DNA of 63,862 bases, filler included, from 5 parts of 5 records of this genome joined end to end with filler, not necessarily neighbours in it; one strand, 5' to 3'. Shown: positions 11,962-22,342, counted from the whole stretch's first letter. The notes: a model not told the origin generated them from the letters alone. Made by a program: numbers and translations.

Positions 11962-14592
11962 ATGCCCAGCTCGGAGACGCCCCGGCCCCTGAGTGGCCGG
12001 TTTTATCGTGCAGACCTTGTCACCCTTCTGAACCAGTCGAACCGGGTGCCGTTGACCCTGTTGCTGGCCCCCGCCGGTGCCGGCAAGTCCACCTTGTTGA
12101 ACCAGTGGGAGGCGCAGCCTGGTGAGCACCATGTGGTGCAGATGGGGTTGCAGCGCGCCGATGATGATCCAGTGCGGTTCTTGCGCCGTTTCGCAGAGAA
12201 GACCCGGGCCGCAGTGCCGGCGTTTGACACCTCCTGGTTTATGCCCTTCGACGTGTCCGAATTGCCACCGTCTTCCATTGCTGACTCACTGTATGACGCC
12301 CTGCAGCAAGTGGTGCTGCCGCTGTTTATCGTGTTCGACGACTTTCAGCATATCCAGAGCGAAGAGACGCTCAGCGTCATCGCCACCTTGCTGGCAGACC
12401 CGCCCGATAACGTGCACCTGATTATTGCCAGCCGCACCCAGCCATTGTTTGACGTCAGCCGGCTGCGGCTGGACGACAAGGTGCTGGAGATCAGTGCCGT
12501 TGACCTGAAAGTGCGGCGCAGCGAGGTGAGCGAACTGAATCAACGCCTGGGCGGTGAGGCTTTGGAGGAGCAGGCACTGGATCACCTGATGGCGATTACC
12601 GAAGGCTGGGTGGCCGGGGTGAAAATTGCCCTGCTGGCAGGGATTCGGTCGGGCATGCAGACCCTGCAGGACTTTAACGCCAGCCAGCCGGAAATAATGG
12701 ACTATTTTGGGCATGCGGTGCTCAAGGGGCTGCCGGACTCTGCGCGCACCTTGTTCCTGCAAAGTGCCCTGCTGGAGACCGTCAACGCCGAGCTTGGCGA
12801 TGAAATTCTGCAAACCCGCCAGTCCGCACGGTTGATTGATGAACTCACCAGCCGGGAGCTTTTTCTGGTGCCGGTGCCAGGCAAGCCGGCCAGCTATCGC
12901 TATCACGCCTTGCTGCGGGATTTTCTCCAGGCCCGGCTGAAAATCGAAATGCCCGACTGCATTGTGCCGATTCACCGGCGGGCGACCCGTTACTTCATCA
13001 AGACTGGCAATTTTGAACAGGCTGTCTGGCATGCCTGGCGCACCGGTGATGCCGCGCTGTTCGGTAACTGTCTGGAAAAAAGTTTCGAGTTCTGGCTGCA
13101 GGAAGGGTATTCCAGCCACATTCTTGAATGGGCGGAAACCCTGGACGATGAAACCATACTGGGCCGACTTGAGCTGGCGGCTCCCCTGATCAGCACGCTG
13201 ACCCTGTCACGGCGTTTCTTTCGCGCCCGGTATTATCTTGATGCGCTCAAGGAGCAGGACTTTTCCGGTAAGGAGGCTCGATACCATCACAGTCAGACGG
13301 TGGATTTTCTGGAGCTGCATTTGCAGTTATTCCAGCACGATACCGACTTCATGGAAGGGGCTAATCTTTCGTTGCTTATGGAAAGCAGCGGCCACCGGGA
13401 TATCCGTGCCTTCTCGCTGGCCATGGTGGCCTATTACCACTTGCAGCATGGTCGCCTGGAGTCCGCGCTGGCCTTTTCCTCCCAGGCCCGGGATGTGTTG
13501 TTGCGGTTGGGGCAGCGTTTTACGGCAGGCTATGCCGGCTTGATCACTGCGTTGGCCAACCAGCAGCTTGGCCACATTGGAGAAGCGGTGGCCTTCATCG
13601 TCGAGAACTTTAACAACACCCGCAGGGATTGCCCTACCTGGTCGCTATGGGCTACCGGCATGGTAGTGGTGTTATACGACCAGAACCGGCTGGAGGAGGC
13701 ACAGCAGGTATGTGAAGACTTGCTGCCCATGGTCTCGTCTGCTTCCGCGACAGAAGTGATATCCACCGTTTATCTCACCCTGTCACGGCTGCAGCATCTG
13801 CAGGGAAAGCAGAAAAGCGCCGAGCGGATGCTGGAGAAGCTCTTGGGCATTTTGCAGCTGGGGAATTATGAACGCTTTGTGAGCATGGCGGTGTTGGAGA
13901 TGACGCGCCAGGCGTTACTCACCGGCAACTGGCAGCGACTGGATGTGGTAGTGGACCGTTTTGAATTGGCGGCCTGGGTGGAGGAAAACCTCGAGGGTGA
14001 GGCGTCCATGTATAGCCAGAGCTGGGAGCGGCGCGGGCTGGCCGCAGTGTACTGGCTGATGGCCCATGGCCGTAATGTGGAGGCAGAAACACTGTTGTGC
14101 CGGTTGTTGGTCGTGGTGAAAGGGGCGGGCATCAAGACCCGGGCTTCCATCATCGAGGCCAACCTGCTGGTGCTTACCTCAAAAGCCGCCACCGCCACTG
14201 AGCAGAGTCGCAAGGTGGATGCGTTGATCACCCGCTATGGCCTGCTCAACATCAATCGTTCCGTGTTTGATGAAGCGCCAGGCCTGGCGGGGTTGATGAA
14301 TCGATTATGGTCGGCAGGGCAGTTGCTGTTGCCGGACTTCTATACCGGGCTGTTTCCGGCGGTATTCAACGCCACCCCGGCCAGTGATCCCCTGGAAGTG
14401 GATCCGGACTCTGTCCTTACTCCCAAGGAAAACGAAATTTTCGAGCTGCTGCAAAGTGGCATGACCAATGCCCAGATCAGCGAACGCACCGGCGTTTCTG
14501 TCACCACCACCAAATGGCACCTGAAAAACATCTACAGCAAGCTGGGTGTCTCCAATCGGACCGAAGCCGTGCTGCGCGCCACGCCTAGATGA
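11962..14592 (+). CDS. MalT-like (STAND ATPase, TPR, LuxR HTH) transcriptional regulator
   Basis: Walker A APAGAGKST, Walker B IVFDDFQ, TEGW, YRYHALLRDFL, C-terminal LuxR HTH (TTKWHLKNIYSKLGV). Start moved to ATG 11962. Confidence 0.9.
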   Translation: MPSSETPRPLSGRFYRADLVTLLNQSNRVPLTLLLAPAGAGKSTLLNQWEAQPGEHHVVQMGLQRADDDPVRFLRRFAEKTRAAVPAFDTSWFMPFDVSELPPSSIADSLYDALQQVVLPLFIVFDDFQHIQSEETLSVIATLLADPPDNVHLIIASRTQPLFDVSRLRLDDKVLEISAVDLKVRRSEVSELNQRLGGEALEEQALDHLMAITEGWVAGVKIALLAGIRSGMQTLQDFNASQPEIMDYFGHAVLKGLPDSARTLFLQSALLETVNAELGDEILQTRQSARLIDELTSRELFLVPVPGKPASYRYHALLRDFLQARLKIEMPDCIVPIHRRATRYFIKTGNFEQAVWHAWRTGDAALFGNCLEKSFEFWLQEGYSSHILEWAETLDDETILGRLELAAPLISTLTLSRRFFRARYYLDALKEQDFSGKEARYHHSQTVDFLELHLQLFQHDTDFMEGANLSLLMESSGHRDIRAFSLAMVAYYHLQHGRLESALAFSSQARDVLLRLGQRFTAGYAGLITALANQQLGHIGEAVAFIVENFNNTRRDCPTWSLWATGMVVVLYDQNRLEEAQQVCEDLLPMVSSASATEVISTVYLTLSRLQHLQGKQKSAERMLEKLLGILQLGNYERFVSMAVLEMTRQALLTGNWQRLDVVVDRFELAAWVEENLEGEASMYSQSWERRGLAAVYWLMAHGRNVEAETLLCRLLVVVKGAGIKTRASIIEANLLVLTSKAATATEQSRKVDALITRYGLLNINRSVFDEAPGLAGLMNRLWSAGQLLLPDFYTGLFPAVFNATPASDPLEVDPDSVLTPKENEIFELLQSGMTNAQISERTGVSVTTTKWHLKNIYSKLGVSNRTEAVLRATPR

Positions 14593-14620
14593 GTTGAAAG
14601 TTCAAAGTTTAAAGTTGAAA
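14593..14620 (+). repeat. Heptamer tandem repeat (GTTNAAA)x4 running into the contig end
   Basis: GTTGAAA GTTCAAA GTTTAAA GTTGAAA directly after the regulator's stop codon. Confidence 0.7.
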
Positions 14621-14621
14621 A

Positions 14622-14721
14622 NNNNNNNNNNNNNNNNNNNNNNNNNNNNNNNNNNNNNNNNNNNNTTAATTAATTAANNNNNNNNNNNNNNNNNNNNNNN
14701 NNNNNNNNNNNNNNNNNNNNN
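14622..14721. other. Artificial contig spacer
   Basis: N run, TTAATTAATTAA, N run (100 nt in total). Confidence 0.98.
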
Positions 14722-15334
14722 ATACTGGATGCATAACGGCCATCTGATGGTTGAAGGCGAAAAAATGTCCAAGTCCTTGGGCAATTTCGTCACCGTGCAT
14801 GACTTGCTGGAAAACTGGTCGGGCGAGGCGATCCGTCTTGCGATGCTGGGCACCCATTATCATCAGCCGATCAACTGGACTGAAGATAACCTGCGTCAGG
14901 CCAAAGAGTCGCTTGATCGGTTCTATACCGCCCTTCGTCAAAGTGCCGATGTGACCCCGGAAAACGTTCCGGCACCGCGTGCGGTTCTTGAAGCATTGTG
15001 TGATGACCTTAATACGCCATTGGCGATTGCGGAATTCCACAATCTGGTGACGCGCCTGAACAAGTCTGAAAAGAAATACGAGCGTGCCGAAGCCAAGGGC
15101 GAAATTCTTGCTGCGGCCAAGCTGCTTGGCATTCTTGAAGCGGATCCGGAAGCATGGTTCACCGGCAGTGCCGATGAAGACGAAGCCGCCGAGATCGATG
15201 ATTTGATCACGCAGCGTGCCGATGCCAAAAAGAACAAGGATTTCGCAGCGGCGGACAAAATCCGCAATGATCTTTTGGCCCGTGGCATCCTGCTTGAAGA
15301 CTTCAAAGAAGGTACGAGCTGGAAGCGCGTGTGA
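14722..15334 (+). CDS. cysS: Cysteinyl-tRNA synthetase (5'-truncated)
   Basis: YWMHNG...KMSKSLGNF, HY.QPI, DDLNTP, RADAKKNKDFAAADKIR...GI.LED. Confidence 0.95.
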
Positions 15335-15373
15335 AATGCGGCTGTTCAGTGATTTATTCTAAGGGGGAATGAA

Positions 15374-16753
15374 ATGTCAGATGTTTTGGAGCAAAGAGCT
15401 TGTGTCTTAATCACTGATTTAGACAACACCCTCTTTGATTGGGTCGACGTTTGGCATTCATCCTTCGATGCTATGATTCGGGAGATTTCGCGAATCAGTG
15501 AGATAGATATTGAACAGTTATTGCCTGAAATAAAGGCTGTTCACAGGAAGCATGGCACTTCTGAGTATGCATTTCTTCTTGAGGAATTGGGTAGTATTAA
15601 ACAGAAGTTTCCCGATGAAGATTTGATGGAAGTTTTCGAGCCTGCGATAACAGCATACCGTGAAAAGAGAAGAGAACATCTAAAACTCTACGATGGAGTA
15701 TGGGAAACTCTTACAGAACTGAAAAAACGTGGTGTGCTTATAGTTGGGTATACTGAGTCGAAGGCATTCTATACAAACTATCGTATGCGGAAACTAAATT
15801 TAGATGGTGTTATAGACTATCTTTATTCGCCTCCTGATCATGAGATTCCCAAAAACTTAAATCGTAATGACATCCGAAAATATTCAGATGATACTTATAA
15901 TTTTGATTATACAGAGCATCGATACACTCCCGAGCACGAGCTGAAACCAAGTATTAGTGTTTTGAACAACATTATTTCAGACTTAGGTGTGATGCCAACA
16001 GAGTGCGTATACGTAGGCGATAGTCTGATGAAGGATATCGCTATGGCTCAAGGGGTCGGTGTATTAGATGTTCACGCTGAGTATGGAAAAGCGCAAGATC
16101 GTGATGCCTACGAGCTTCTCAAAAAAGTAACGCATTGGACTGACGATGATGTCGCTAGGGAAAAGGCAATTCTCGAAGGTCGGTCCGTTAAGCCATCAAT
16201 TACTCTTCGATCCTCAATGGAAGAGATTCTTTATAAGGTTAAATTTTCTCGGTTTGAACGACAGATTAATCAAGAAAAAGTTTTAGATCTGATGTTTCGG
16301 TCTTGGGAAAAGACCGTTGACGTTCAACAGCACTTTAATGACTTGCAGATGAAGGTTCGTAGCTTCGCAATTGCAATCATTGGCGCTTTCATGGGCGGCG
16401 CAGGTCTAGCGATAAAAAATGATGCTTTCGTGCTTTTTTGGGGAAAAGAGCTATCGGTTTCAGCTTTAATAGTTGGAGCAGCTATTCCAATTTGGTTTGT
16501 CTTTTACTTGATGGATCGTTTTTGGTATCACAACTTTCTGACTGGAGCCGTTAAGCAGGGGCTATTCTCTGAAAAGCTGTTGAAGCCATTTGTGCCTAAC
16601 ATAGGACTAACCGACTCTATTGGTAAAGAAAGCCCGAACCAAATTGGTGCGCGCAAAATTCACTCGCGTCACAAGATAAACATATCTTATTTTATTATTG
16701 GTTTGGTTCTTGTTGTTCTTTGCATTGGACTACTTACTGTTTCGCCAAGCTAA
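15374..16753 (+). CDS. HAD-superfamily phosphatase fused to a C-terminal 3-TM membrane domain
   Basis: HAD motif I (TDLDNTL), a motif III Lys (LKPS) and motif IV (YVGDSLMKD), then three hydrophobic helices. Visibly AT-richer than its neighbours. Confidence 0.8.
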   Translation: MSDVLEQRACVLITDLDNTLFDWVDVWHSSFDAMIREISRISEIDIEQLLPEIKAVHRKHGTSEYAFLLEELGSIKQKFPDEDLMEVFEPAITAYREKRREHLKLYDGVWETLTELKKRGVLIVGYTESKAFYTNYRMRKLNLDGVIDYLYSPPDHEIPKNLNRNDIRKYSDDTYNFDYTEHRYTPEHELKPSISVLNNIISDLGVMPTECVYVGDSLMKDIAMAQGVGVLDVHAEYGKAQDRDAYELLKKVTHWTDDDVAREKAILEGRSVKPSITLRSSMEEILYKVKFSRFERQINQEKVLDLMFRSWEKTVDVQQHFNDLQMKVRSFAIAIIGAFMGGAGLAIKNDAFVLFWGKELSVSALIVGAAIPIWFVFYLMDRFWYHNFLTGAVKQGLFSEKLLKPFVPNIGLTDSIGKESPNQIGARKIHSRHKINISYFIIGLVLVVLCIGLLTVSPS

Positions 16754-16825
16754 TAGAAAAGAACAGTGGTGTTCGAGGATTGAGAAAAGGTGTTTCGATT
16801 TTCGGACTAAAATTTAATCTGTCAG

Positions 16826-16855
16826 AAGGCCGCAGCATCCAGTTGCGGCCCTTTT
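16826..16855 (+). terminator. Intrinsic terminator
   Basis: GGCCGCAG-loop-TTGCGGCC followed by CTTTT. Confidence 0.7.
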
Positions 16856-16980
16856 CGTGTCTATGTCCCGTGATTTCATCCAAGATACACCAAAGGTTGC
16901 GCATGGGCAGATTTCTGCCCAACTCTTAATGGACTATCGATGACCATTGGCAAGACGCAACAATCAGGGTGCTCTCGACC

Positions 16981-17922
16981 ATGTCTGACATTGACCGGCG
17001 AAAATTTCTGCAAGCCACAGCGGTCCTTGGCGCATTGGCAAGTTTTGGATTGGGGCGGGCCGCATCGGCGCAAGGTAAATCGCCCGGAGATCTCCCCGAT
17101 ATCCTTCGTAAACCGATCCCATCGACGGGTGAAGAAATCCCCGCCATCGGGCTTGGCAGTTGGATCACGTTTAATGTCGGCAATGATCAGGTATTGCGTG
17201 ATCAATGTGCCGATGTGATTTCGGCGTTTTTTGCGGCTGGCGGGCGGATGATTGATAGCTCCCCGATGTATGGTTCGGCGCAAGAAGTCATTGGTTATTG
17301 CCTTGATAAGCTTGGGGCCCGTGATCAGGTGTTTTCAACCGACAAGGTTTGGACATCGGGCGACGGGATGGCGCAAATTGATCAGACACTTGCGCGATGG
17401 CATATGCAAAAGTTTGATTTGTTGCAGGTCCATAATCTTTTGGGGATTACGGATAACTTGCGGCTGTTGTTCCGCCTCAAAGACGAAGGTTTGCTGCGCT
17501 ATGTCGGGGTGACCACATCGCACGGGCGACGCACCGATGATTTGATCGCGGTGATGAAAAACGAACGGCTTGATTTCGTTCAGGTCACTTACAATCCGAT
17601 TGACCGTAAGGTCGAAGAATATCTGTTGCCGATGGCTTATGATCGCGGAATTGCGGTGATTGTAAACCGGCCATTTCGCGGGGGCAGTCTGACCGAACGG
17701 TTGGAAGGCGAACCATTGCCGGAATTTGCTTCTGATTTGGAAGTGGAAAGCTGGGCGCAGCTTATTTTGAAATATCTGATTGCCCATCCATCGGTGACCT
17801 GCCCCATCCCGGCAACAACCAATCCCGGTCATGCGGCCGAAAACATGCGCGCGGCAACCGGATTACTGCCCGATGATAAAATGCGTGAACAGATTGCCGC
17901 CGTGATTGGCGTTCTGGTTTAG
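16981..17922 (+). CDS. Aldo/keto reductase with twin-arginine signal peptide
   Basis: DRRKFL signal, IPAIGLGSW, IDSSPMYG, DLLQVHN, RYVGVT, IPAT. Confidence 0.88.
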   Translation: MSDIDRRKFLQATAVLGALASFGLGRAASAQGKSPGDLPDILRKPIPSTGEEIPAIGLGSWITFNVGNDQVLRDQCADVISAFFAAGGRMIDSSPMYGSAQEVIGYCLDKLGARDQVFSTDKVWTSGDGMAQIDQTLARWHMQKFDLLQVHNLLGITDNLRLLFRLKDEGLLRYVGVTTSHGRRTDDLIAVMKNERLDFVQVTYNPIDRKVEEYLLPMAYDRGIAVIVNRPFRGGSLTERLEGEPLPEFASDLEVESWAQLILKYLIAHPSVTCPIPATTNPGHAAENMRAATGLLPDDKMREQIAAVIGVLV

Positions 17923-17946
17923 GCAAAGCGATATGGGAAATCAGGC

Positions 17947-18654
17947 ATGAGTGAATGGTGGGATTACGGGTTGGCAGATTTACTGCTGTTCTCGCCACGG
18001 GTTTATTACCGGCTGTTTGAAACGCTTAACACCACATGGTGGCTGGTGGTTGCCAGTGCATTTGTTGCCGGGCTGATTGCCTTTGGTCTGGCTTTGCGCC
18101 ACGGGCATCGCGGCAACCGGGTGATTTTGGTGTTGCTGTCCCTGATCTGGGGGTGGGTGAGTTACGGCTTTTTGTGGCAATTTTATATGCCGATCAATTG
18201 GGCGGTGCCCTATTTCCTGCCGGGGTTTGTTGCCGAAAGTGTCTTGCTTGCTGTGTTTGCCGCACGCCCCTTGCCACTTCGGTTTGGCTGGCGGGGGGAT
18301 CTTTCATCCTATGTCGGTGTGGGATTAATGGTCTGCGCCTTTGTCCTCTATCCGTTCGCCGGATTGATTGAAGGCCGCAGTTTGATCCAGGCCGAATTGT
18401 TTGGCAGTGCAGCCGATCCAACAGCCCTTGGTACATTGGGTTTTGTTTTGATGGCGCGGGGTACTTGGCGTTGGTTGCTGTTACCCGTCCCTTTGATCTG
18501 GTGCGTTCTTAGCAGTGCGACATTGTGGGTGATGGATCAGAATATCGCATTGGTGCCGCTGATTGCGGTGTGGGTAACGGTATTTTGCGGGTGGCTTGAT
18601 CTTAAAAACGGTGTTACGACGCGAAAGCTTACCGAAGCTGAATTGGCGGATTAA
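17947..18654 (+). CDS. Integral membrane protein (DUF6064-like)
   Basis: MSEWWDY.L.D.LLFSPRVYYRLF, YMPINWA, DPTALGTLG. About 7 TM segments. Confidence 0.7.
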   Translation: MSEWWDYGLADLLLFSPRVYYRLFETLNTTWWLVVASAFVAGLIAFGLALRHGHRGNRVILVLLSLIWGWVSYGFLWQFYMPINWAVPYFLPGFVAESVLLAVFAARPLPLRFGWRGDLSSYVGVGLMVCAFVLYPFAGLIEGRSLIQAELFGSAADPTALGTLGFVLMARGTWRWLLLPVPLIWCVLSSATLWVMDQNIALVPLIAVWVTVFCGWLDLKNGVTTRKLTEAELAD

Positions 18655-18899
18655 GCGAACTGCCAAGGTTCAGGCACATTACGCGAAAATTACCCTGTTA
18701 TCTGGCATGCAAAACCCCACCTATGGTCTGGGCGCGCCTTCTTAAGGGCAGCGGAATTTCTGCTTTTGTCTAAAAAGTAGTGGAAACCCATCTGAATCAA
18801 TGGTTTCGTGAATTTGCCAGCATATGTTTTCATCCTGCTTGATCACTGTGCAGCAAGTGAATTCATATCGTAGTGCTGTCGTGCATGAAAGGGCGGTCG

Positions 18900-20222
18900 A
18901 TGATTAAGGTTTTGTCCAGTGTTTGGGCACTTTTACTGGGCATCGTCCTGATCATGCTGGGCAATGGCATGCACTTTACCCTGATCGGTTTGCGCGGCGG
19001 GATCGAAGGATTTTCACCGGCTGCACTAGCAATCGTAACGTCGGGTTATTTCGTTGGTTTTCTATCTGGCGCACGGTTGACGCCGGTCATGATCCGGCGT
19101 GTTGGCCATGTGCGCGTTTTTGCCGCATTGGGCAGTTTCATGTCGGCGGCCGTGATAACCTTGCCGCTACTGACCGAACCGTGGGCATGGACGATTTTGC
19201 GGGTTCTGGTCGGGTTTTGCATGTCGGGCATTTATGTGACAGCCGAAAGCTGGCTGAACGATGCATCAAGTAACGAGACCCGGGGTAAGGTATTGTCGGC
19301 CTATATGATTGCCCAGACATTGGGGCTGATCGGGGCGCAGGGACTGCTTACACTTGGCGATGCTGCGACTTCTGCACTTTTCATTGTGGCGTCCATTCTT
19401 GTTTCGGTTTCGTTTGCACCGATCTTGCTGTCAGTGACAGCCGTTCCGGTCACAGAGGCCGCACGTCCGATGCCCTTGCGGCAACTTTTTTCCGATGCGC
19501 CGCTGAGTACGGTCGGGATCTTCCTTCTGGGATGTGTTTATGCGACGCAAACCGGGATGGCGGCTGTTTTCGGAACGCAGATTGATCTGACTGCGGACCA
19601 GATTGCGATGTTTGTTGCGATGATGTTTGCCGGTGCCTTGATCTTTCAATATCCGATCGGCTGGCTGTCGGACCGGATCGACCGGCGTAAAGTTATCTTC
19701 TATGCCGCCGTGATCGGGGCGTCTGCGTGCGCGATTGGCTGGTTTGCGGAGGATCGGTTTTGGTATTTGATGGCCGCTGCCTTTTTGGCCGGTGGGGTGA
19801 CAGCGCCGCTTTACGCATTGTTTCTGGCCTATACCAACGATTTTCTATCGCTTGAAGACATGCCGGCCGCATCGGGTGGTCTTGTTCTGACTTTTGGCAT
19901 TGGTGCGATCATGGGCCCGTTGATTGCAGGTTGGGCCATGCAACATTTCGGTCCCTTTGCCTTCTGGTTGGTGATTGGCGTGACATTCATTGGCATCGCC
20001 CTTTACGCGCTTTATCGGATGACCAAACGCGCAGCCCTTCCGGCCGAAGAAACCGAAAGCTATGTCGGTGTCTTGCCAACCGCATCGCCGATGGCGGTCG
20101 AAACAGCCGGTGTCTGGGCGGCAGAGCAGGCCGAAGCCGCAGCTGAAGAAGCCGTCGAGGCCGAACAAGCTGAAGCCAAAGCCGGTTCCGAAGTTGCCAA
20201 GGAAGCGAAAACCAAGCCTTAA
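18900..20222 (+). CDS. MFS transporter (YcaD-like)
   Basis: 12 TM segments, RRVGHVRVFA, AESWLN, QYPIGWLSDRIDRR, Ala/Glu-rich tail. Confidence 0.88.
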   Translation: MIKVLSSVWALLLGIVLIMLGNGMHFTLIGLRGGIEGFSPAALAIVTSGYFVGFLSGARLTPVMIRRVGHVRVFAALGSFMSAAVITLPLLTEPWAWTILRVLVGFCMSGIYVTAESWLNDASSNETRGKVLSAYMIAQTLGLIGAQGLLTLGDAATSALFIVASILVSVSFAPILLSVTAVPVTEAARPMPLRQLFSDAPLSTVGIFLLGCVYATQTGMAAVFGTQIDLTADQIAMFVAMMFAGALIFQYPIGWLSDRIDRRKVIFYAAVIGASACAIGWFAEDRFWYLMAAAFLAGGVTAPLYALFLAYTNDFLSLEDMPAASGGLVLTFGIGAIMGPLIAGWAMQHFGPFAFWLVIGVTFIGIALYALYRMTKRAALPAEETESYVGVLPTASPMAVETAGVWAAEQAEAAAEEAVEAEQAEAKAGSEVAKEAKTKP

Positions 20223-20237
20223 GCAGGTATTGCTGAC

Positions 20238-20894
20238 CTAGCGGCTAAACAGCAATCTGATCCCGACGACGGTAAAGAAGACACCAAGCAATCCATTGAT
20301 CCAGCTTGCCGCCCGGCGATAAATCGAAATGGCCGGGGCGGTGGAAAAGGCCGTGGCATAAAGCAGATGAATGGATGTTGAAATCATCCCGCAACCAATG
20401 ACAATCGCAGCCCCGACCCAAAACGGTGCGCCGTCGCTAAACCCGATAGATATGATTGCAATCCAGGTCAGGATGGCTTTTGGGTTGGTGAGATGAAGCG
20501 CAAGGCCGCGCAGGTAATACCCGCGTCCGGTGATTTGGCGGGCGTTTTCGGCAATGGTAGTGCTGTCGACTGCCGGGGGCTTGCGAAAGGCAGTACGAAA
20601 CGCCCGATAGGCCATCCATAATAAATATAGCCCGCCAAAAATCCGAATGGCGGTCATGGCATCGGCATAGGTGGCAAGAACGGCCGACAGTCCGGTCAGG
20701 GTTAAAAGACCGATGGAAAAAGATCCGGTGCCGATTCCCAAGGCAAAGCGTTGCCCGGCATGACGCCCGCGATCAAGCGAGACACCCATCAACCCCAAAA
20801 GAGCGGGGCCGGGGCTGATCAACCCGACAAGCAAGGCGGCATAGGACAGTAAAATTCCGGGTAGGTGTTGTGTGAATTCGGCAATATCAGGCAT
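20238..20894 (-). CDS. LysE/RhtB-family translocator
   Basis: SPGP motif, GGLYLLWMA, LTNPKAIL. Confidence 0.9.
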   Translation of the reverse strand: MPDIAEFTQHLPGILLSYAALLVGLISPGPALLGLMGVSLDRGRHAGQRFALGIGTGSFSIGLLTLTGLSAVLATYADAMTAIRIFGGLYLLWMAYRAFRTAFRKPPAVDSTTIAENARQITGRGYYLRGLALHLTNPKAILTWIAIISIGFSDGAPFWVGAAIVIGCGMISTSIHLLYATAFSTAPAISIYRRAASWINGLLGVFFTVVGIRLLFSR

Positions 20895-20962
20895 GGGGCG
20901 TTCTTGTCAGAGTTTGGTCACGGTCAGAGATTATGCTGGCCATGCCCAGCTGTCGAGCAGGC

Positions 20963-20991
20963 AAAAAAGGACCCCTGCCAAAAGGCAGGGG
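20963..20991 (-). terminator. Intrinsic terminator after the aldolase
   Basis: Minus strand CCCCTGCC-TTTT-GGCAGGGG followed by TCCTTTTTT. Confidence 0.7.
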
Positions 20992-21051
20992 CGAGGGAGC
21001 TTGCTAAGTTTCGGTGTGGAACGAAGGGAAAAGCACTGAAACCGCAGGGAG

Positions 21052-22299
21052 TTATTTCTTCTGAAGTTTTGCCTGTTCGAGTGACCAGTATTCCATATCA
21101 AACAGATCGGCCTCGTTGATTGGCTGGAACGTGCCAATTTTTTCGGCGGCATTGATTATGCGCGCGGTTTGTTCGCCAAGATCACCTGCAATGCGGGCGG
21201 CCTTGTCATTGGCACCAAGTCCGACAAGGCCAAGCTCCTTGATCAGGACCATGCGCGGCCATGGATCAAGCATGACCTTTTCTTCGCTGGCATTTGGCGC
21301 ATTGCGTTCGAAATAGGCGCGGTAGCGGGCTTTGTAATCCTCAAGCGCGGACGCGATATCTTTGAGGCTGGCATCAGCGTCAATAATCAGCGGGAACGGC
21401 TTAATGCGGATGACGTGGTCCGGTGTTGCTGTGCCACGCACCGCTATGGTTTCAAGCGCGTCATTTGAAAGATATGTGCGGATTGACGGGGTGCTGCGAA
21501 AATCAATCGCAAAAGCGTCTGAGAATGGCGAGGTGTCGCTGCTAAGCGCGGTTCTAAGTTTGTCAGCAATGGCCGGGTCAAGATCACGATCCGATGTTTC
21601 TGGCCCCGGAAGGGTAATGCCCTTGGCTGCTAGGTAGTTTTCCGCATCGGTCACGAAATCAATCATGCGGTCATAGGATTGTTTAGCCGTGGTGCCAAAG
21701 GTGAACAATCCATGGTTTTTAAGCCACAGACCTTCGCAATTGGGGAAGCGATCATAAAGATCAGCACCGGCAATCGACAGGTCATAGCCTGGCATAACAT
21801 AGGGCAAGAATGCCAAACGGTCGCCGTAGATTTCACGCATGATGTCTTCGGATTTGTCTTGGTTGGCAAGGGCCAAGACAGCGGTGGAGTGGGTGTGGTC
21901 GACAAAATCAAACGGCAGATACGCATGCAGTAGAGCTTCGACCGACGGGTTTGGCGCGGAGGGGTCAAGCAGATTGCTGCGCAAAAGAGCAACCATTTCA
22001 GGGTCAGACAGCTTTTTTTCTTTGCGTGCGGCGTGAAGTGGGGCGAGCTTCACAGCCGGCAAGCCGGGTGCCTCGATGGTTTCAAGATCCCAGCCGCTGC
22101 CTTTGACATGCATGATGGCGTTGCCGTCATTGTCGGTGACTTTAACCGAGGTATTGCCACCGCCATGCAGAACAAGGTCGGCAATCTTGCCGATGATGCG
22201 CGATGTATAGACGCGCAAGCCCAATGCTTCGGGTAGACCGGCTGTTTTAGCGTCATTGGCGTAGTGTGCCGCGTCGTTTTCGTTCCAAAGGTTTTCCAT
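21052..22299 (-). CDS. Class II aldolase (aldolase domain of the RhaEW-type aldolase/SDR family, without the SDR domain)
   Basis: LVLHGGGNTSVK, VKGSGWDL, PSVEALLHA, VDHTH, NHG, TPDHVIR. Ends at MEYWSLEQAKL. Confidence 0.85.
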   Translation of the reverse strand: MENLWNENDAAHYANDAKTAGLPEALGLRVYTSRIIGKIADLVLHGGGNTSVKVTDNDGNAIMHVKGSGWDLETIEAPGLPAVKLAPLHAARKEKKLSDPEMVALLRSNLLDPSAPNPSVEALLHAYLPFDFVDHTHSTAVLALANQDKSEDIMREIYGDRLAFLPYVMPGYDLSIAGADLYDRFPNCEGLWLKNHGLFTFGTTAKQSYDRMIDFVTDAENYLAAKGITLPGPETSDRDLDPAIADKLRTALSSDTSPFSDAFAIDFRSTPSIRTYLSNDALETIAVRGTATPDHVIRIKPFPLIIDADASLKDIASALEDYKARYRAYFERNAPNASEEKVMLDPWPRMVLIKELGLVGLGANDKAARIAGDLGEQTARIINAAEKIGTFQPINEADLFDMEYWSLEQAKLQKK

Positions 22300-22342
22300 C
22301 GGGCTTTATCCGTAAGTTTATCAAAAAATCAGCAAGAAAATT

